A DNA stretch of 63,681 bases, counting the filler. It is 4 parts of 4 records of this genome, joined end to end, with 100 filler letters (N's around TTAATTAATTAA, not from the genome) between each part and the next. Parts side by side here need not be neighbours in the genome. Positions count along the whole stretch, not along the records: positions 1 to 11,976 come from SRR20825010_937; positions 12,077 to 27,638 come from SRR20825010_943; 2 more parts are not named here. One strand, 5' to 3'. The notes beneath the pieces were generated by a model. It was not told the DNA's origin. It did not search any database and saw only the letters and a program-made list of their open reading frames with translations. This document shows, piece by piece, positions 10,867-21,535 of this stretch; the first letter of the stretch is position 1; each line of letters begins with the position of its first letter. The translations under genes and the position numbers were made by a program.

Positions 10867-11976
10867 ATGATCCGTATCCGCTTGTTAAGCGTATTCGCAG
10901 CCCTTCTTCTTGCCCTCCCCGCGATGGCCGCCGGCAAGACGATCATCGTTCTGGATGGCTCCGGCTCCATGTGGGGCCAGATAGACGGGACAACAAAGAT
11001 CGAGATCGCGCGCGACACGCTGCGCAAGGTCATGGCAACACTTCCGCAGGACACCGAGCTTGGCCTCGTGGCCTATGGGCACCGGGAAAAAGGTTCCTGT
11101 TCCGACATCGAGATCGCCATACCGCCTGCAAGGGGAACGGCAGGCGCTGTCGCGGATTTCGCCGACAGCCTCAATCCGAAGGGCAAGACGCCCCTCACCG
11201 ATGCCGTTCGGAAGGCAGCCGGGGAACTGCGCATAGAAGAAAATCCGGCAACCGTGATACTCGTCACGGACGGTCTGGAGACCTGCAACGCAGACCCTTG
11301 CGCGCTCGGCCGCGAGCTTGAGGCATCCGGTGTCGATTTCACGGCCCATGTGGTCGGCTTCGGACTTTCCGAGGAAGAAGGGCAGGAAGTTGCCTGCCTG
11401 GCAGAAAACACGGGCGGTCTCTATCTCAAGGCAGACGACGCAGGGCAGCTTGCCGAAGCACTGCAGACCACGGTTGCAAAGGCTCCCGAACCAGAGCCCG
11501 AGCCCGAGCCGAAGCCGGAACCGGCTGCCGTCGAGTTCAACGTGCGTGGTATCGCACGCCTTTCCAGGGATGGGCCGGACATGACCGACAGCACCGAGGT
11601 GCGCTGGGATTTCATTCCGCTTGGCGAGAATGGCACACCCGCAAATCGCAGCACCGCAGGCGGCTATCGCGGCGTGTTCGCAGCCAGCGTTCCGCCCGGG
11701 GCCTACCGCGCAAAAGCGCGGCTTGGCCGTATCATCGTCGAGAGCGATGTTGAACTGACTGCCGACACCACGACCGACGTGCTCGCCGTGCTCGATGCAG
11801 GCCTGGTCGAAGTCACCCCGAAACGCACCCCCGAAGATACCGACGCCGACCAGAGTGCGCGTGTCGACGTGCATTTCGACGGCACGAATGATGGCGGCTA
11901 TGGCGAGACCCGGGTCTGGGCCAAGGCAGGCCCCATCAAGGTCACCGGGCGTATCGGTAAGGCCACGATCGAAGAG
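10867..11976 (+). CDS. Secreted VWA-domain protein (truncated by contig end)
   Basis: Signal peptide, MIDAS DGSGS, TDG, PEPEPEPEPKPEP linker. Confidence 0.85.
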
Positions 11977-12076
11977 NNNNNNNNNNNNNNNNNNNNNNNN
12001 NNNNNNNNNNNNNNNNNNNNTTAATTAATTAANNNNNNNNNNNNNNNNNNNNNNNNNNNNNNNNNNNNNNNNNNNN
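11977..12076. other. Artificial contig spacer
   Basis: N44-TTAATTAATTAA-N44 (stops in all frames). Confidence 0.99.
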
Positions 12077-14564
12077 CGCCTTTGTGCGCCGGGTGAAGGA
12101 CAAAACTGTGCTCTTTCGTTTCGATACTGAAACAAATGAGCAAACGCCTGTATTTGACGGTCTTGATCGTGACCTGCAGGCCGAATTTATCGCGCAGGGC
12201 ACTTTCTATCCGCAATATGGCTGGTTCCCCGACGGGCGACACGTAGCCATTTGGGCGGGCGGTAAAATCCAGAAAATAGATATGGAAAAGGGTACGGCTG
12301 AGGTGATCCCTTTCACCGCCAGCGCCGAACACCAGTTGGCAAAAGCCCCGCGTGTTAGCCACGAACTTGCGCCCGATGTGGTAACAGCCAAGGCTGTGCG
12401 CCAATTGGCGGCGACAGCAGGCGGTGATGACGTAGTGTTTCATGCCCTTGGGCAGCTTTGGCGCCAGGGCGCAGGGCAGGCCAAGGCCCGCCGTGTGAGC
12501 AGCAATGCAGGCCTCGAGTTTGAACCTGCTTTCGCGGCGGATGGAAAAACCATCGCCTATGTTCACTGGCGGGACGAGGAAGGCAGCCGCCTAAAGGTGC
12601 AGGCGCTGGAGGGGAGCACAAAAACCCTTTTGCATACCCGTGGCATGGTGCGTGAGCCGGCCTTCTCGCGTGATGGCAAAACATTGCTGTACCGCATTGA
12701 AGCAGGCAGCAAATGTATGGGCGGTTATGGCACCGATGTGGGCATCTATGCCTTGGATCTGGCAGGCGGCAACACCCGCCGGGTGCTGAAAACCGGGGAA
12801 GCACCTCAGTTTTCACCTGACGGCCGTCGCATCTATTTCACCACCAGCGAGTGGGGAGCCTCTGGCCAGATCACCCGTATCGAAAGCGTGAATGCAGCGG
12901 GGTTTGAACGCCGGGTGCATGCGGTGGCTTATGGCTCGGATACACTTGAGCTCAGCATCAGCCCGGACCTGAGCTGGATCGCCTTCAAGGAAAACCGCCA
13001 GTATTACGTCATGCCCTATATGGAAACAGGCACGCCTGCCGTGGTGTCATCTTCAGTAGATGGCGCACGTAAGCTTACCAGCCTCAGCGGCTATGACATC
13101 ACCTGGACGGCGGATTCAAAAAGCCTTCACTGGGTGCTGGGCCAAAGTCTTTATAGCGCTGATGTTGGCGGTGGTGCCGCTTCGGTACAGGCCACGTTGG
13201 TGGCTGAGGCACCAGCACAAAAACCAAAAGGCATGATTGCCTTTACCGGTGGGCGTATCCTCACCATGCGCGGTGATGAGGTGATCGAGCGCGGCACGGT
13301 GCTTGTGGAAGGTGACCGCATCAAGGCTGTGGGCGCTGATATTGCCGTGCCTGCTGCGGCGAAAGTGGTTGATGTATCCGGCAAAACGCTGATGCCGGGC
13401 TTTGTGAACATGCATGGCCATCTGGAGGATTGTTATTATAGCTCTGTGGGCTTGATGCCTGAAAAACAGCCCAGCCATTATGCCTCTCTCGCCTTTGGGG
13501 CCACCACCAACTATGACCCTTACGCGACCGAGTTGCCCAGCTACGCCATGAGCGAAATGCAGGCGGCTGGCAAAATGGTCGGCCCGCGCACCATCAGTGT
13601 TGGCGGTGTTGTGTATGGCAGGGCGGGCAAGGGCGACCCGGTGTATGAACCTATTTTCAGTCTCGGGGATGCAAACGCCCTGATGGCGCGCAAGCGTGCG
13701 CTTGGCGGCACCATTATCAAAAGCTATCGCCAGCCTATGCGGTCACAGCGGCAGATGCTTGTGCGCGCGGGCCATGACGCCGGGGTGATGGTGGACATAG
13801 AAGGCGAGAGCCATTTCTATAACAACATCAGTGCGGTGATTGATGGCCACACGGCGCTTGAGCACAACTTCCCGGTGGCAACCCTTTATGATGATATCAC
13901 CCAACTGATGGCGGCGGGCGATACCCCAAATACGCCCACCATTATCGCCACCTTTGGTGAATTTATGGGTGAAAACTTCCTCTATGCCCAAACACGTCCG
14001 TGGGAAGACGCCCGCATTCAGGCTTATGTGCCTGCGGTTACCAGCAGCTACAGCGCACTTGGTGTGCCCTATTCAGCGCCCGCATATGTGCGCGGCATGA
14101 CCAGCCTGTCTGTCGCGGATGAGCTATGGGATGTGGGTTTTAAGTCGGTCGCGCGTTCGGTGGCGAAACTTGATGCCGCAGGTGCCACCATTAACGTGGG
14201 CTCGCATTCACAAATACAGGGGCTGGCAGTTCATTGGGAGATGTGGCTGATGGCCGAAGGCGGTATGGCAAATTCGCGCATTCTCAGGGCTGCCACCATG
14301 AGCGGTGCTACAACACTCGGGCTTGACGCGCAGATCGGTAGCCTTGAAGCAGGCAAGCTGGCCGACCTTATTGTGCTTGAGCGAAACCCGCTCGAGGACA
14401 TCCGTAACACAGATAGCCTGATCTACACCGTGGTTGGCGGGCGCATCTATGACCCGGTGACCATGAATGAAGTGATTAGCGCTGAAGTACCACGCAGCAA
14501 GTTCTATTGGGAGCTGCCAGACTATCGCGGCATCGACTGGAACGAGGCTTGGGCGGGGCAATAG
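12077..14564 (+). CDS. PD40/TolB beta-propeller + amidohydrolase protein (5' truncated)
   Basis: PxFSxDG repeats, GKTLMPGFVNMHGH metal motif, GSLEAGKLADL. Confidence 0.88.
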
Positions 14565-14678
14565 GGCCGCCGAACAGCCGGTGCATAAGCATCACCACGC
14601 GGCGCGTGGTTGGCGTCTCCTCACGGGCAGGTTGCCCCGTCACACTGACCTTCAATTCTGTTGAAGTGAGGGGATATC

Positions 14679-15395
14679 ATGTCAGCAAAAGCAACAGGCG
14701 GCACAACCGCGCTCGCGCACACATGGGATAATGTGGGCAAGCACAGTTTTGTGCCCGAGCATTATGAGTTTTCAGACCAGAGCGCCCTGATGGCTTACAT
14801 CAAAGCCGATCCGGTGGCGCAGATTTTTGCCACCCATGAAGGCGAGATGCACCTGACCTCAGCCCCCTTCATTCATGCGCCCAAGCCGGGCAATGATACA
14901 CGGCTTGCAGGCCATATTGCCGGGCGCAATGCCTATGGAGATGCCATCAAGGCGGGCGTGGAAGCTGTGGCACAGTTCATCAGCCCTGGTGCCTATATCT
15001 CACCGCGCTGGTTCCGAGAAAATATCACAGCACCCACTTTCAGCTATGTATCAGTGCAGGCGCGTGGACGCTTTGTGCCCATATTGGATGCGGACGAAAC
15101 CCTGCTGATTTTGGCCAAAACGGTTGACCATATGGAAGCGCTGACAAGTGCCCATGATGGTGCTGAACCGTGGTGCATGACCGCGCTCACTGCTGAGCAA
15201 TTAATGCGTTATATCCCCATGGTGCAGGCGTTTTACTTTGAGGTAACCGCCCTTGAGGGCATCGCCCGGCTTAATCAGGAAAAAACGAAAGCCGATATGG
15301 AAGGCATTATTGAAGGGCTTTCCGGGCAGGGAAACGCAGGTGCCCAGCATATCGCCAGCCTGATGAATACCAACCTCAAGCGGGTGGCAAATTAA
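14679..15395 (+). CDS. PaiB / FMN-binding split-barrel family protein
   Basis: LAGHIAGRN, AYISPRWF, APTFSY.SVQARG, RLNQ (variant of KLSQ). Confidence 0.8.
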   Translation: MSAKATGGTTALAHTWDNVGKHSFVPEHYEFSDQSALMAYIKADPVAQIFATHEGEMHLTSAPFIHAPKPGNDTRLAGHIAGRNAYGDAIKAGVEAVAQFISPGAYISPRWFRENITAPTFSYVSVQARGRFVPILDADETLLILAKTVDHMEALTSAHDGAEPWCMTALTAEQLMRYIPMVQAFYFEVTALEGIARLNQEKTKADMEGIIEGLSGQGNAGAQHIASLMNTNLKRVAN

Positions 15396-15634
15396 CCTCT
15401 TCCCTTAATACGGTGCGCGATGGTCACCGCTTATGGCTTGCTTCGCACCTTCCCGAGAAGCGTCGTGTTCCTTACTCATTTCACCATGCCCGTGGCCTCA
15501 AAACAGAAGGGGTGGCCACAAGGGGCAAAGTAGAGAGCAGGGGGATGTGAGGGATGAAGCATCCAGCCAGGCGCCAGTAGGCCGCAATAAGCCGCAGCCG
15601 CGACAGGAACAAAGAAAAAGAATTGGAGTAATCT

Positions 15635-17008
15635 ATGTCTAGCGTTGAGCGAAATACCAAAGAGTGGCAAGACCTGGACGTTGCCCACCATCTGCACCCG
15701 TTTACCGACCCAAAGTATTTTGACACCAAGGGCCCGCTGGTGGTGACCCGCGCAGAAGGGTGCTATGTGTGGGATTCGAACGGCCGCAAGATACTGGACG
15801 GCATGGCTGGCCTGTGGTGCGTGAACGTTGGTTATGGCCGAAAGGAACTGATCGACGCTTCCCACAAGCAGATGCAGGAACTGGCGTATTATAACGTCTT
15901 TTTCCAAAGCTCTACACCACCGCAGATCGAGCTTTCCCGCGTGTTGGCGGAGCTGACACCGGGTGACCTCAATCACTTCTTCTTTACCAACTCAGGCTCC
16001 GAAGCCAATGACACCATCATCCGTATGGTGCGCCACTTCTGGGAAGTGGAAGGCAAGCCCGAGAAGCATATTTTCATCGGCCGCACGCTCGGCTACCACG
16101 GCAGCACGCTTGCGGCCACCAGCCTTGGCGGCATGCAGGCCATGCACGACATGGGCAAATCTCTTTTGCCGGGGTTTGAGCACATCATGCACCCCCACCA
16201 TTTCGCAAATGGCAACGGGCAGACCCGTGAAGCCTTTGGTATCAAGGCGGCACAAGCGCTTGAAGAAAAAATTCTTGAACTGGGTGCCGAGAATGTTGCC
16301 GCCTTTGTTGCAGAACCTGTGCAGGGCGCGGGCGGTGTGATTGAACCACCGGCCACCTATTGGCCCGAAATTCAGCGTATCTGTAAAAAATATGATGTAC
16401 TTCTGGTGGCGGATGAGGTGATTTGCGGTTTTGGTCGGCTGGGGCACTGGTTCGGCTCTCAGGCATACGGCATTGAGCCTGACCTGATGCCGATGGCCAA
16501 GGGCCTGTCGTCTGGTTATCTGCCTATCGCCGCCGTGGCTTATAGCGCCCGCATCCAGAAGGGCCTGCAAAAGGGCGGTCTGTTCTCGCATGGGTATACC
16601 TATTCCGGCCATCCGGTGGCTTGTGCTGTGGCGCTGGCCAACATCAAGCTGATCAAGGACGATAAGCTCATTGAGCTTGTGCACGATGAGACCGCACCTT
16701 ATTTCCGCAAACGCCTGAACGAGGCCGTTGCTGGCCACAAGCTGGTGGGTGAAGTGCGCGGCGCGGGTCTGCTTGCTGGTGTGCAGTTGGTGAAGGACAA
16801 GAAAACCGGTGAGCTGTTCGATGCGGCGGAAAATGTGGCGGTGCGTTGCCGTGACCGCTGCCTTGAGCGCGGCCTTATCATGCGCGCTGTTGGCCAGTCC
16901 ATGGTAGCGAGCCCGCCGCTGATTATAACCAAGGGCGAAATCGACGATATGATTGATATCCTGATCGCGAGCCTTGACCAAACAGCTAAAGACATGGGGC
17001 TGGCATAA
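15635..17008 (+). CDS. Class III aminotransferase (SpuC/putrescine-pyruvate-like)
   Basis: HHLHPFTD, DGMAGLWC, SGSEAND, YHGST, DEVICGFGR, MAKGLSSGY (PLP Lys). Confidence 0.92.
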   Translation: MSSVERNTKEWQDLDVAHHLHPFTDPKYFDTKGPLVVTRAEGCYVWDSNGRKILDGMAGLWCVNVGYGRKELIDASHKQMQELAYYNVFFQSSTPPQIELSRVLAELTPGDLNHFFFTNSGSEANDTIIRMVRHFWEVEGKPEKHIFIGRTLGYHGSTLAATSLGGMQAMHDMGKSLLPGFEHIMHPHHFANGNGQTREAFGIKAAQALEEKILELGAENVAAFVAEPVQGAGGVIEPPATYWPEIQRICKKYDVLLVADEVICGFGRLGHWFGSQAYGIEPDLMPMAKGLSSGYLPIAAVAYSARIQKGLQKGGLFSHGYTYSGHPVACAVALANIKLIKDDKLIELVHDETAPYFRKRLNEAVAGHKLVGEVRGAGLLAGVQLVKDKKTGELFDAAENVAVRCRDRCLERGLIMRAVGQSMVASPPLIITKGEIDDMIDILIASLDQTAKDMGLA

Positions 17009-18489
17009 TGGCTGCCCCGGCTGATGGTGCCCATGCGCCTGCACGTTCGCTAGCGCTTTCATCCCCACTGCACAAGGCGGTACTTCGCCGCGCATACAAG
17101 AGTGGTGCAAGCTTCCCGGTCCTCAACCCCGCAACGGGCGAGCATCTGGCTGATGTGGCGGAGATGGGACCGAAAGATGTTAATGCCGCTGTTGCGGGCG
17201 CGAAAGCGGCCATGGCTATCTGGTCCCAAAAAACAGCGAAGGAACGGGCCGCAACCCTGATGGCGTGGCATGGGCTTATCATGTGCCACCAGGAAGAACT
17301 GGCCGAGTTGCTGACGCTTGAGATGGGCAAGCCACTCGCGGAAGCGCGGGGTGAGGTTGCACACGGCGCATCCTATATCGTGTGGTTCGCGGAAGAAGCC
17401 AAACGGTTATACGGTGACATTATCCCGACAAATGACCAGAACCGCCGTCTGCTGGTGATCAAACAGCCTGTGGGTGTTGTGGCGGCCATCACGCCGTGGA
17501 ACTTCCCAAGCGCCATGATCACGCGGAAGATAGCACCCGCGCTGGCTGCGGGCTGCACTGCCGTGGTGAAACCAGCAGAAGATACACCGCTTTCTGCCCT
17601 TGCGCTGGCGATCTTGGCCGAGGAAGCAGGCTTCCCTGAAGGGGCCGTGAATGTGGTGACTTGCAAGAACCCTGCGGATGTTGCCAAGGCGCTCACTGAC
17701 CATGACGACGTGCGCAAACTTTCCTTCACCGGCTCAACCCGTGTGGGCAAGTTGTTGATGCGCCAGTGCGCCGATACGGTGAAAAAAATATCGCTGGAGC
17801 TGGGCGGCAACGCGCCTTTCATCGTGTTTGATGATGCGGATATTGATGCAGCCGTGGCGGGTGCCATGATGGCGAAATACCGCAATGCAGGGCAAACCTG
17901 TATCAGCGCCAACCGCTTTTATGTGCAAGCCGGGGTGCGGGAAGAATTTGCCTTCAAGCTGGCTGAAGCTGTCTCAAGGCTCAAGATGGGCAATGGGGCA
18001 GAAGACGGCACGACCGTTGGCCCGCTTATCAACCCCGGCGCGGTTGCCAAGGTGGACGGTCTCGTGCGCGGCGCGTGTGCAAGTGGTGCCACCATTGTGC
18101 TGGGCGGCAAGCCGGGCGTGATGGGGGAAAATTTTTATGAACCCACTGTGCTCACAGGGGTAACGCCCGATATGACCATCAGCCAGAATGAGATTTTTGG
18201 CCCTGTGGCTGCTATCTACCCGTTTGAGGAAGAAGGCGATGCCATCATCATGGCGAATGATACACCATACGGCCTTGCGGCCTATGTTTATACCCGCGAT
18301 ATGGGCCGCATCTGGCGCGTATCCGAAGCGCTTGAATACGGCATGGTTGGCATCAATGACGGCACCTTCTCAAGCGAGGCTGCCCCCTTTGGCGGGGTCA
18401 AACAATCCGGTATCGGGCGTGAAGGTTCAAAATACGGTCTCGATGATTTTGTTGAGATCAAATACATCAGCATGGCGGGGCTTGCCTGA
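17008..18489 (+). CDS. gabD: NAD(P)-dependent succinate-semialdehyde dehydrogenase
   Basis: ITPWNFP, FTGSTRVG, LELGGNAP, NAGQTC, PFGGVKQSGIGREGS. Confidence 0.88.
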   Translation: MAAPADGAHAPARSLALSSPLHKAVLRRAYKSGASFPVLNPATGEHLADVAEMGPKDVNAAVAGAKAAMAIWSQKTAKERAATLMAWHGLIMCHQEELAELLTLEMGKPLAEARGEVAHGASYIVWFAEEAKRLYGDIIPTNDQNRRLLVIKQPVGVVAAITPWNFPSAMITRKIAPALAAGCTAVVKPAEDTPLSALALAILAEEAGFPEGAVNVVTCKNPADVAKALTDHDDVRKLSFTGSTRVGKLLMRQCADTVKKISLELGGNAPFIVFDDADIDAAVAGAMMAKYRNAGQTCISANRFYVQAGVREEFAFKLAEAVSRLKMGNGAEDGTTVGPLINPGAVAKVDGLVRGACASGATIVLGGKPGVMGENFYEPTVLTGVTPDMTISQNEIFGPVAAIYPFEEEGDAIIMANDTPYGLAAYVYTRDMGRIWRVSEALEYGMVGINDGTFSSEAAPFGGVKQSGIGREGSKYGLDDFVEIKYISMAGLA

Positions 18490-19853
18490 TGGTGGTGAGG
18501 TCGCTGGTTATCGCTTCCGCACTGGTCGCTGCTGGCCCCGCCCCCGCACGTGCTGATGACGGCCCAGCCTTATCAGAGGTTCTGGCATTGGTGCGTGCTC
18601 AGGCTGCGGAGATTGCGGCGTTGAAGGTGCGGCTCGTGGCGCTTGAGGCTGATGAAGGGGCGCCTGCACCGGTTTTGGTGACAGACCGTGCATCTGGCCG
18701 CATATCCGAGCGGGCCACTCCTGCTCTGGCGCCCGCTCCGGTCGCGGATGAAGCGCTTGCCCCTGTTCCTGCGTCTGTGGGTGAACCCTCTGGTTTTTCC
18801 ATCAAGCCCCGAGGTCGTATTGAGGCGGACACTGTGGCATACCATAGCCGCGATGGCCGCGCCTATGATGACGGTGCCGGTTTCCGCCGCGCGCGGCTTG
18901 GGGTGCAGGGCACGCTGCCGGGGAGCTTCAAGTATCAGATTGAGGCAGATTTCGCAGGCGGTGACAAAGCCAAGCTTGATGATACCTACCTGCGCTACAG
19001 CGGGATAGAAGGCACCGATATCACCATCGGCTTTCACAAGATTTATCATTCGCTTGATTCCGCAACCAGTGACCTTGATGTGAGCTTCATGGAGCGCAGC
19101 ATGGTCTCCAATGCTTTTGAAGTGGGCGCTGGCGGCAAGATGGGCCTGTCTGCGCTCACCAGCGGGCCTAACTGGTCTGTGCAATATGGTGTGATGCTCT
19201 CAAGCCCCAACTCGGGTGATGCGGACAAGGACGGCTGGTCTTTGGCGGGACGTGCCACTTATGCGCCGGTTATGGCGGAAGGCCGCCTGCTGCATGTGGG
19301 CGTGTCTGCTTATGTGCGCCATGAGGATGATGAGTTGGTCAGCTTCTCGGACAGGCCCGAGATCAGGAACGACAGCTTCAAGCCCTATGACAGTGGCACG
19401 GTTGCAGCCTCGCACTACAGCTATCTGGGTGGGGAGGTGGCTACCAGCTATGGGCCGCTCACCCTGCAGGGCGAGATATCCCGCATGCAGACAAGTGCCA
19501 GTACAGGTGACCACAACTTCTGGGGCACCACCCTTCAGGCCAGCTATATGCTGACAGGCGAGAGCAAGCCTTACTCAGGCGGTAAAGGTGCCTTTGGCAG
19601 GCTGAAGCCTCACCGGGCCATGGGCGAGGGCGGTTTTGGTGCGGTTGAGCTGGCGCTGCGCTTCAGCCACCTTGATGTGCGTGACGGCGGCACTGGCACA
19701 GTGGGGGATACACTCACACTCGGCCTCAACTGGTATATGACAGACGCTGTGCGGCTGATGATCAACGCGGTTGACTTCGGTGCCAAAGCCAGTGGCGGCA
19801 TCATCACAGCCAAAGGCCAGGCGTATGGCATGCGTGCGCAGGTACGGTGGTAA
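18489..19853 (+). CDS. OprO/OprP-family porin
   Basis: Signal peptide and coiled coil, FRRARLGVQG, FMERS, GAVELALRFS, LGLNWY, terminal W. Confidence 0.85.
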   Translation: MVVRSLVIASALVAAGPAPARADDGPALSEVLALVRAQAAEIAALKVRLVALEADEGAPAPVLVTDRASGRISERATPALAPAPVADEALAPVPASVGEPSGFSIKPRGRIEADTVAYHSRDGRAYDDGAGFRRARLGVQGTLPGSFKYQIEADFAGGDKAKLDDTYLRYSGIEGTDITIGFHKIYHSLDSATSDLDVSFMERSMVSNAFEVGAGGKMGLSALTSGPNWSVQYGVMLSSPNSGDADKDGWSLAGRATYAPVMAEGRLLHVGVSAYVRHEDDELVSFSDRPEIRNDSFKPYDSGTVAASHYSYLGGEVATSYGPLTLQGEISRMQTSASTGDHNFWGTTLQASYMLTGESKPYSGGKGAFGRLKPHRAMGEGGFGAVELALRFSHLDVRDGGTGTVGDTLTLGLNWYMTDAVRLMINAVDFGAKASGGIITAKGQAYGMRAQVRW

Positions 19854-19854
19854 G

Positions 19855-20970
19855 ATGATGATATCTCGCAATACTCTATCCGGGCTGGCGGCCAGCGCTG
19901 CAGCCTTTTGTGAAGGTGTGATGGCCGACGACAAGCCCCGGTTTGATATCGGTGCGGCTTATACGGCGGATTACTGGACCATCGCGCGCGGGGAGGTGCA
20001 TGACAGCCGCTACCTTGATAACCTTGATCTCACGCTCGGCTGGCAACCTTTGGGCGAGGACGGCCCCAGCGTTTTCCTCTATGGTCTTTATAATAATGGT
20101 ACCGGCTTCTCGTCAGAGCTCGCAGGTGATGCCCAGGTGATCAGCAATATCGAGACACCGGTGCGGGCAGCCCGGCTGTATGAAGCCTGGGTCGAGCAAC
20201 CTTTCCTGAAGGGGCGGGGCAGTATCAAGCTCGGGCTTTATGATCTCAATTCGGAGTTTGATGCGCTGGATAGCGCAGGCCTGTTTATCGCCAGCGCCCA
20301 CGGCATTGGCACAGACATCAGCCAAACCGGCCAGAATGGCCCGTCGATCTTCCCCATCACCTCACTCGCCGCTCGGCTTAGTGTGGATATCCATGATGAC
20401 ATCACCGCGCGTTTTGCTGTGCTGGATGCTGTACCGGGAGATGTGGACCACCCAAAGCGTACCACCATCAAGCTTGGGGGTGGTGAAGGTGCCCTGATGA
20501 TCGGAGAGCTGGAATACCGCACAGGTGATGCCAAGTTCCTCCTTGGTCACTGGCGCTACAGCGCTGACTTTGACGCTCATGACGGCAGCACAGATGGCGG
20601 TAACGCGGGCACCTATATCCGCGGGGAGTGGGCTGCGACAGACGACACAACCGTGTTTGCAAGGCTTGGCCAGGCAGCAGGGCGCTTTAACACCTTCAGC
20701 CGCTTCTTTGGTGGTGGCATCAACCACACGGGCATCTGGCAGGAGGCTGACCAGCTTGGCTTTGCCGTCGCATGGGCGGAATTGTCAGAGGGTTACCAGC
20801 AAGGCAACCCCACAGCCAACAGCCGCGAGGTGGCGCTTGAGCTCACCTACAGGGCTGACCTCACCAACTGGCTCTCTTTCCAGCCTGATATCCAGTATAT
20901 CATCAACCCGCTGGAAGGCTCCCAAAACGTGCTCGCCATTGGCTTAAGAGCGACGGCTGAGATAAACTGA
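19855..20970 (+). CDS. OprB-family carbohydrate-selective porin
   Basis: YLDNLDL, SNIE..RLYEAWVEQ, DLNSEFD, ELTYRA..QPDIQYIINP. Confidence 0.85.
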   Translation: MMISRNTLSGLAASAAAFCEGVMADDKPRFDIGAAYTADYWTIARGEVHDSRYLDNLDLTLGWQPLGEDGPSVFLYGLYNNGTGFSSELAGDAQVISNIETPVRAARLYEAWVEQPFLKGRGSIKLGLYDLNSEFDALDSAGLFIASAHGIGTDISQTGQNGPSIFPITSLAARLSVDIHDDITARFAVLDAVPGDVDHPKRTTIKLGGGEGALMIGELEYRTGDAKFLLGHWRYSADFDAHDGSTDGGNAGTYIRGEWAATDDTTVFARLGQAAGRFNTFSRFFGGGINHTGIWQEADQLGFAVAWAELSEGYQQGNPTANSREVALELTYRADLTNWLSFQPDIQYIINPLEGSQNVLAIGLRATAEIN

Positions 20971-21140
20971 AACTGAGGTGATGTAGGCGGATTCTGCCGA
21001 TTCGATGCGGTGTTTTGCCTACATATAACACCCCCGTACAAAAATGCGGTTTTTGGCGCTAGAAAATAAATCATTTAAAAACAGTACCTTAACTTATTTT
21101 TTATGATTTTTATCATCATCAGGCTTGTCAACGGCGATTA

Positions 21141-21164
21141 GGTGTTATACATAACTAATACACC
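21141..21164. promoter_or_regulatory. Candidate YtrA-type GntR operator overlapping a promoter
   Basis: GGTGTT-N12-TACACC long-spacer palindrome downstream of TTGTCA (21125-21130), resembling YtrA-subfamily sites. Confidence 0.65.
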
Positions 21165-21535
21165 GGCACGATAAAACGCCCAAACAGACACAAAGCGCCA
21201 CCCAAGCACGGCGGAATAAGTGAAGAGGGCACAGCGAGGAAACAGCCGGTGACGGGACACGGTAAAAATACCGGCCCGAGTGACGAGAGCGAGATAAAAA
21301 TAATACCGCGAGAGACCCGTCACGACAGCGAGGAAGAGAGCAGGGGGCCGGATAATAATGGCAAAAGCCGACCGGCCCCCAGGGCTCTCAAGCGAGGACC
21401 AGAGTAACAAAGCGAATAAGGCAAAAGCCAACGCTTTATAAAAAACAAACGACAGCACAAACATGGCGATAAGCCGGGATAACCCGGCAGCCCAAACAAA
21501 ACAAAAGCCCAATAAAAAGAAGCGAGGAGATAACA
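21165..21535 (+). ncRNA. Putative structured U-poor leader RNA/sRNA (family not recognised)
   Basis: Five GC-rich helical modules, four AGCGAGGA motifs in single-stranded linkers, about 7% T by hand count, no credible ORF. Confidence 0.55.

Noticed and set aside
11485-11523. CCCGAG-like hexamer tandem repeat
   Set aside because: It encodes an ordinary Pro-Glu linker in the VWA protein.
15396-15634. Purine-rich intergenic region with a TGCCCGTGGCC/GGCCAC..GGGCA stem before the aminotransferase
   Set aside because: A single imperfect stem with no recognisable riboswitch motif is too weak to call.
21233-21528. AGCGAGGA repeats as a mini-CRISPR or tandem repeat
   Set aside because: The repeat is only 8 nt, spacing is irregular (94, 64, 130 nt), and the intervening sequence is self-complementary.
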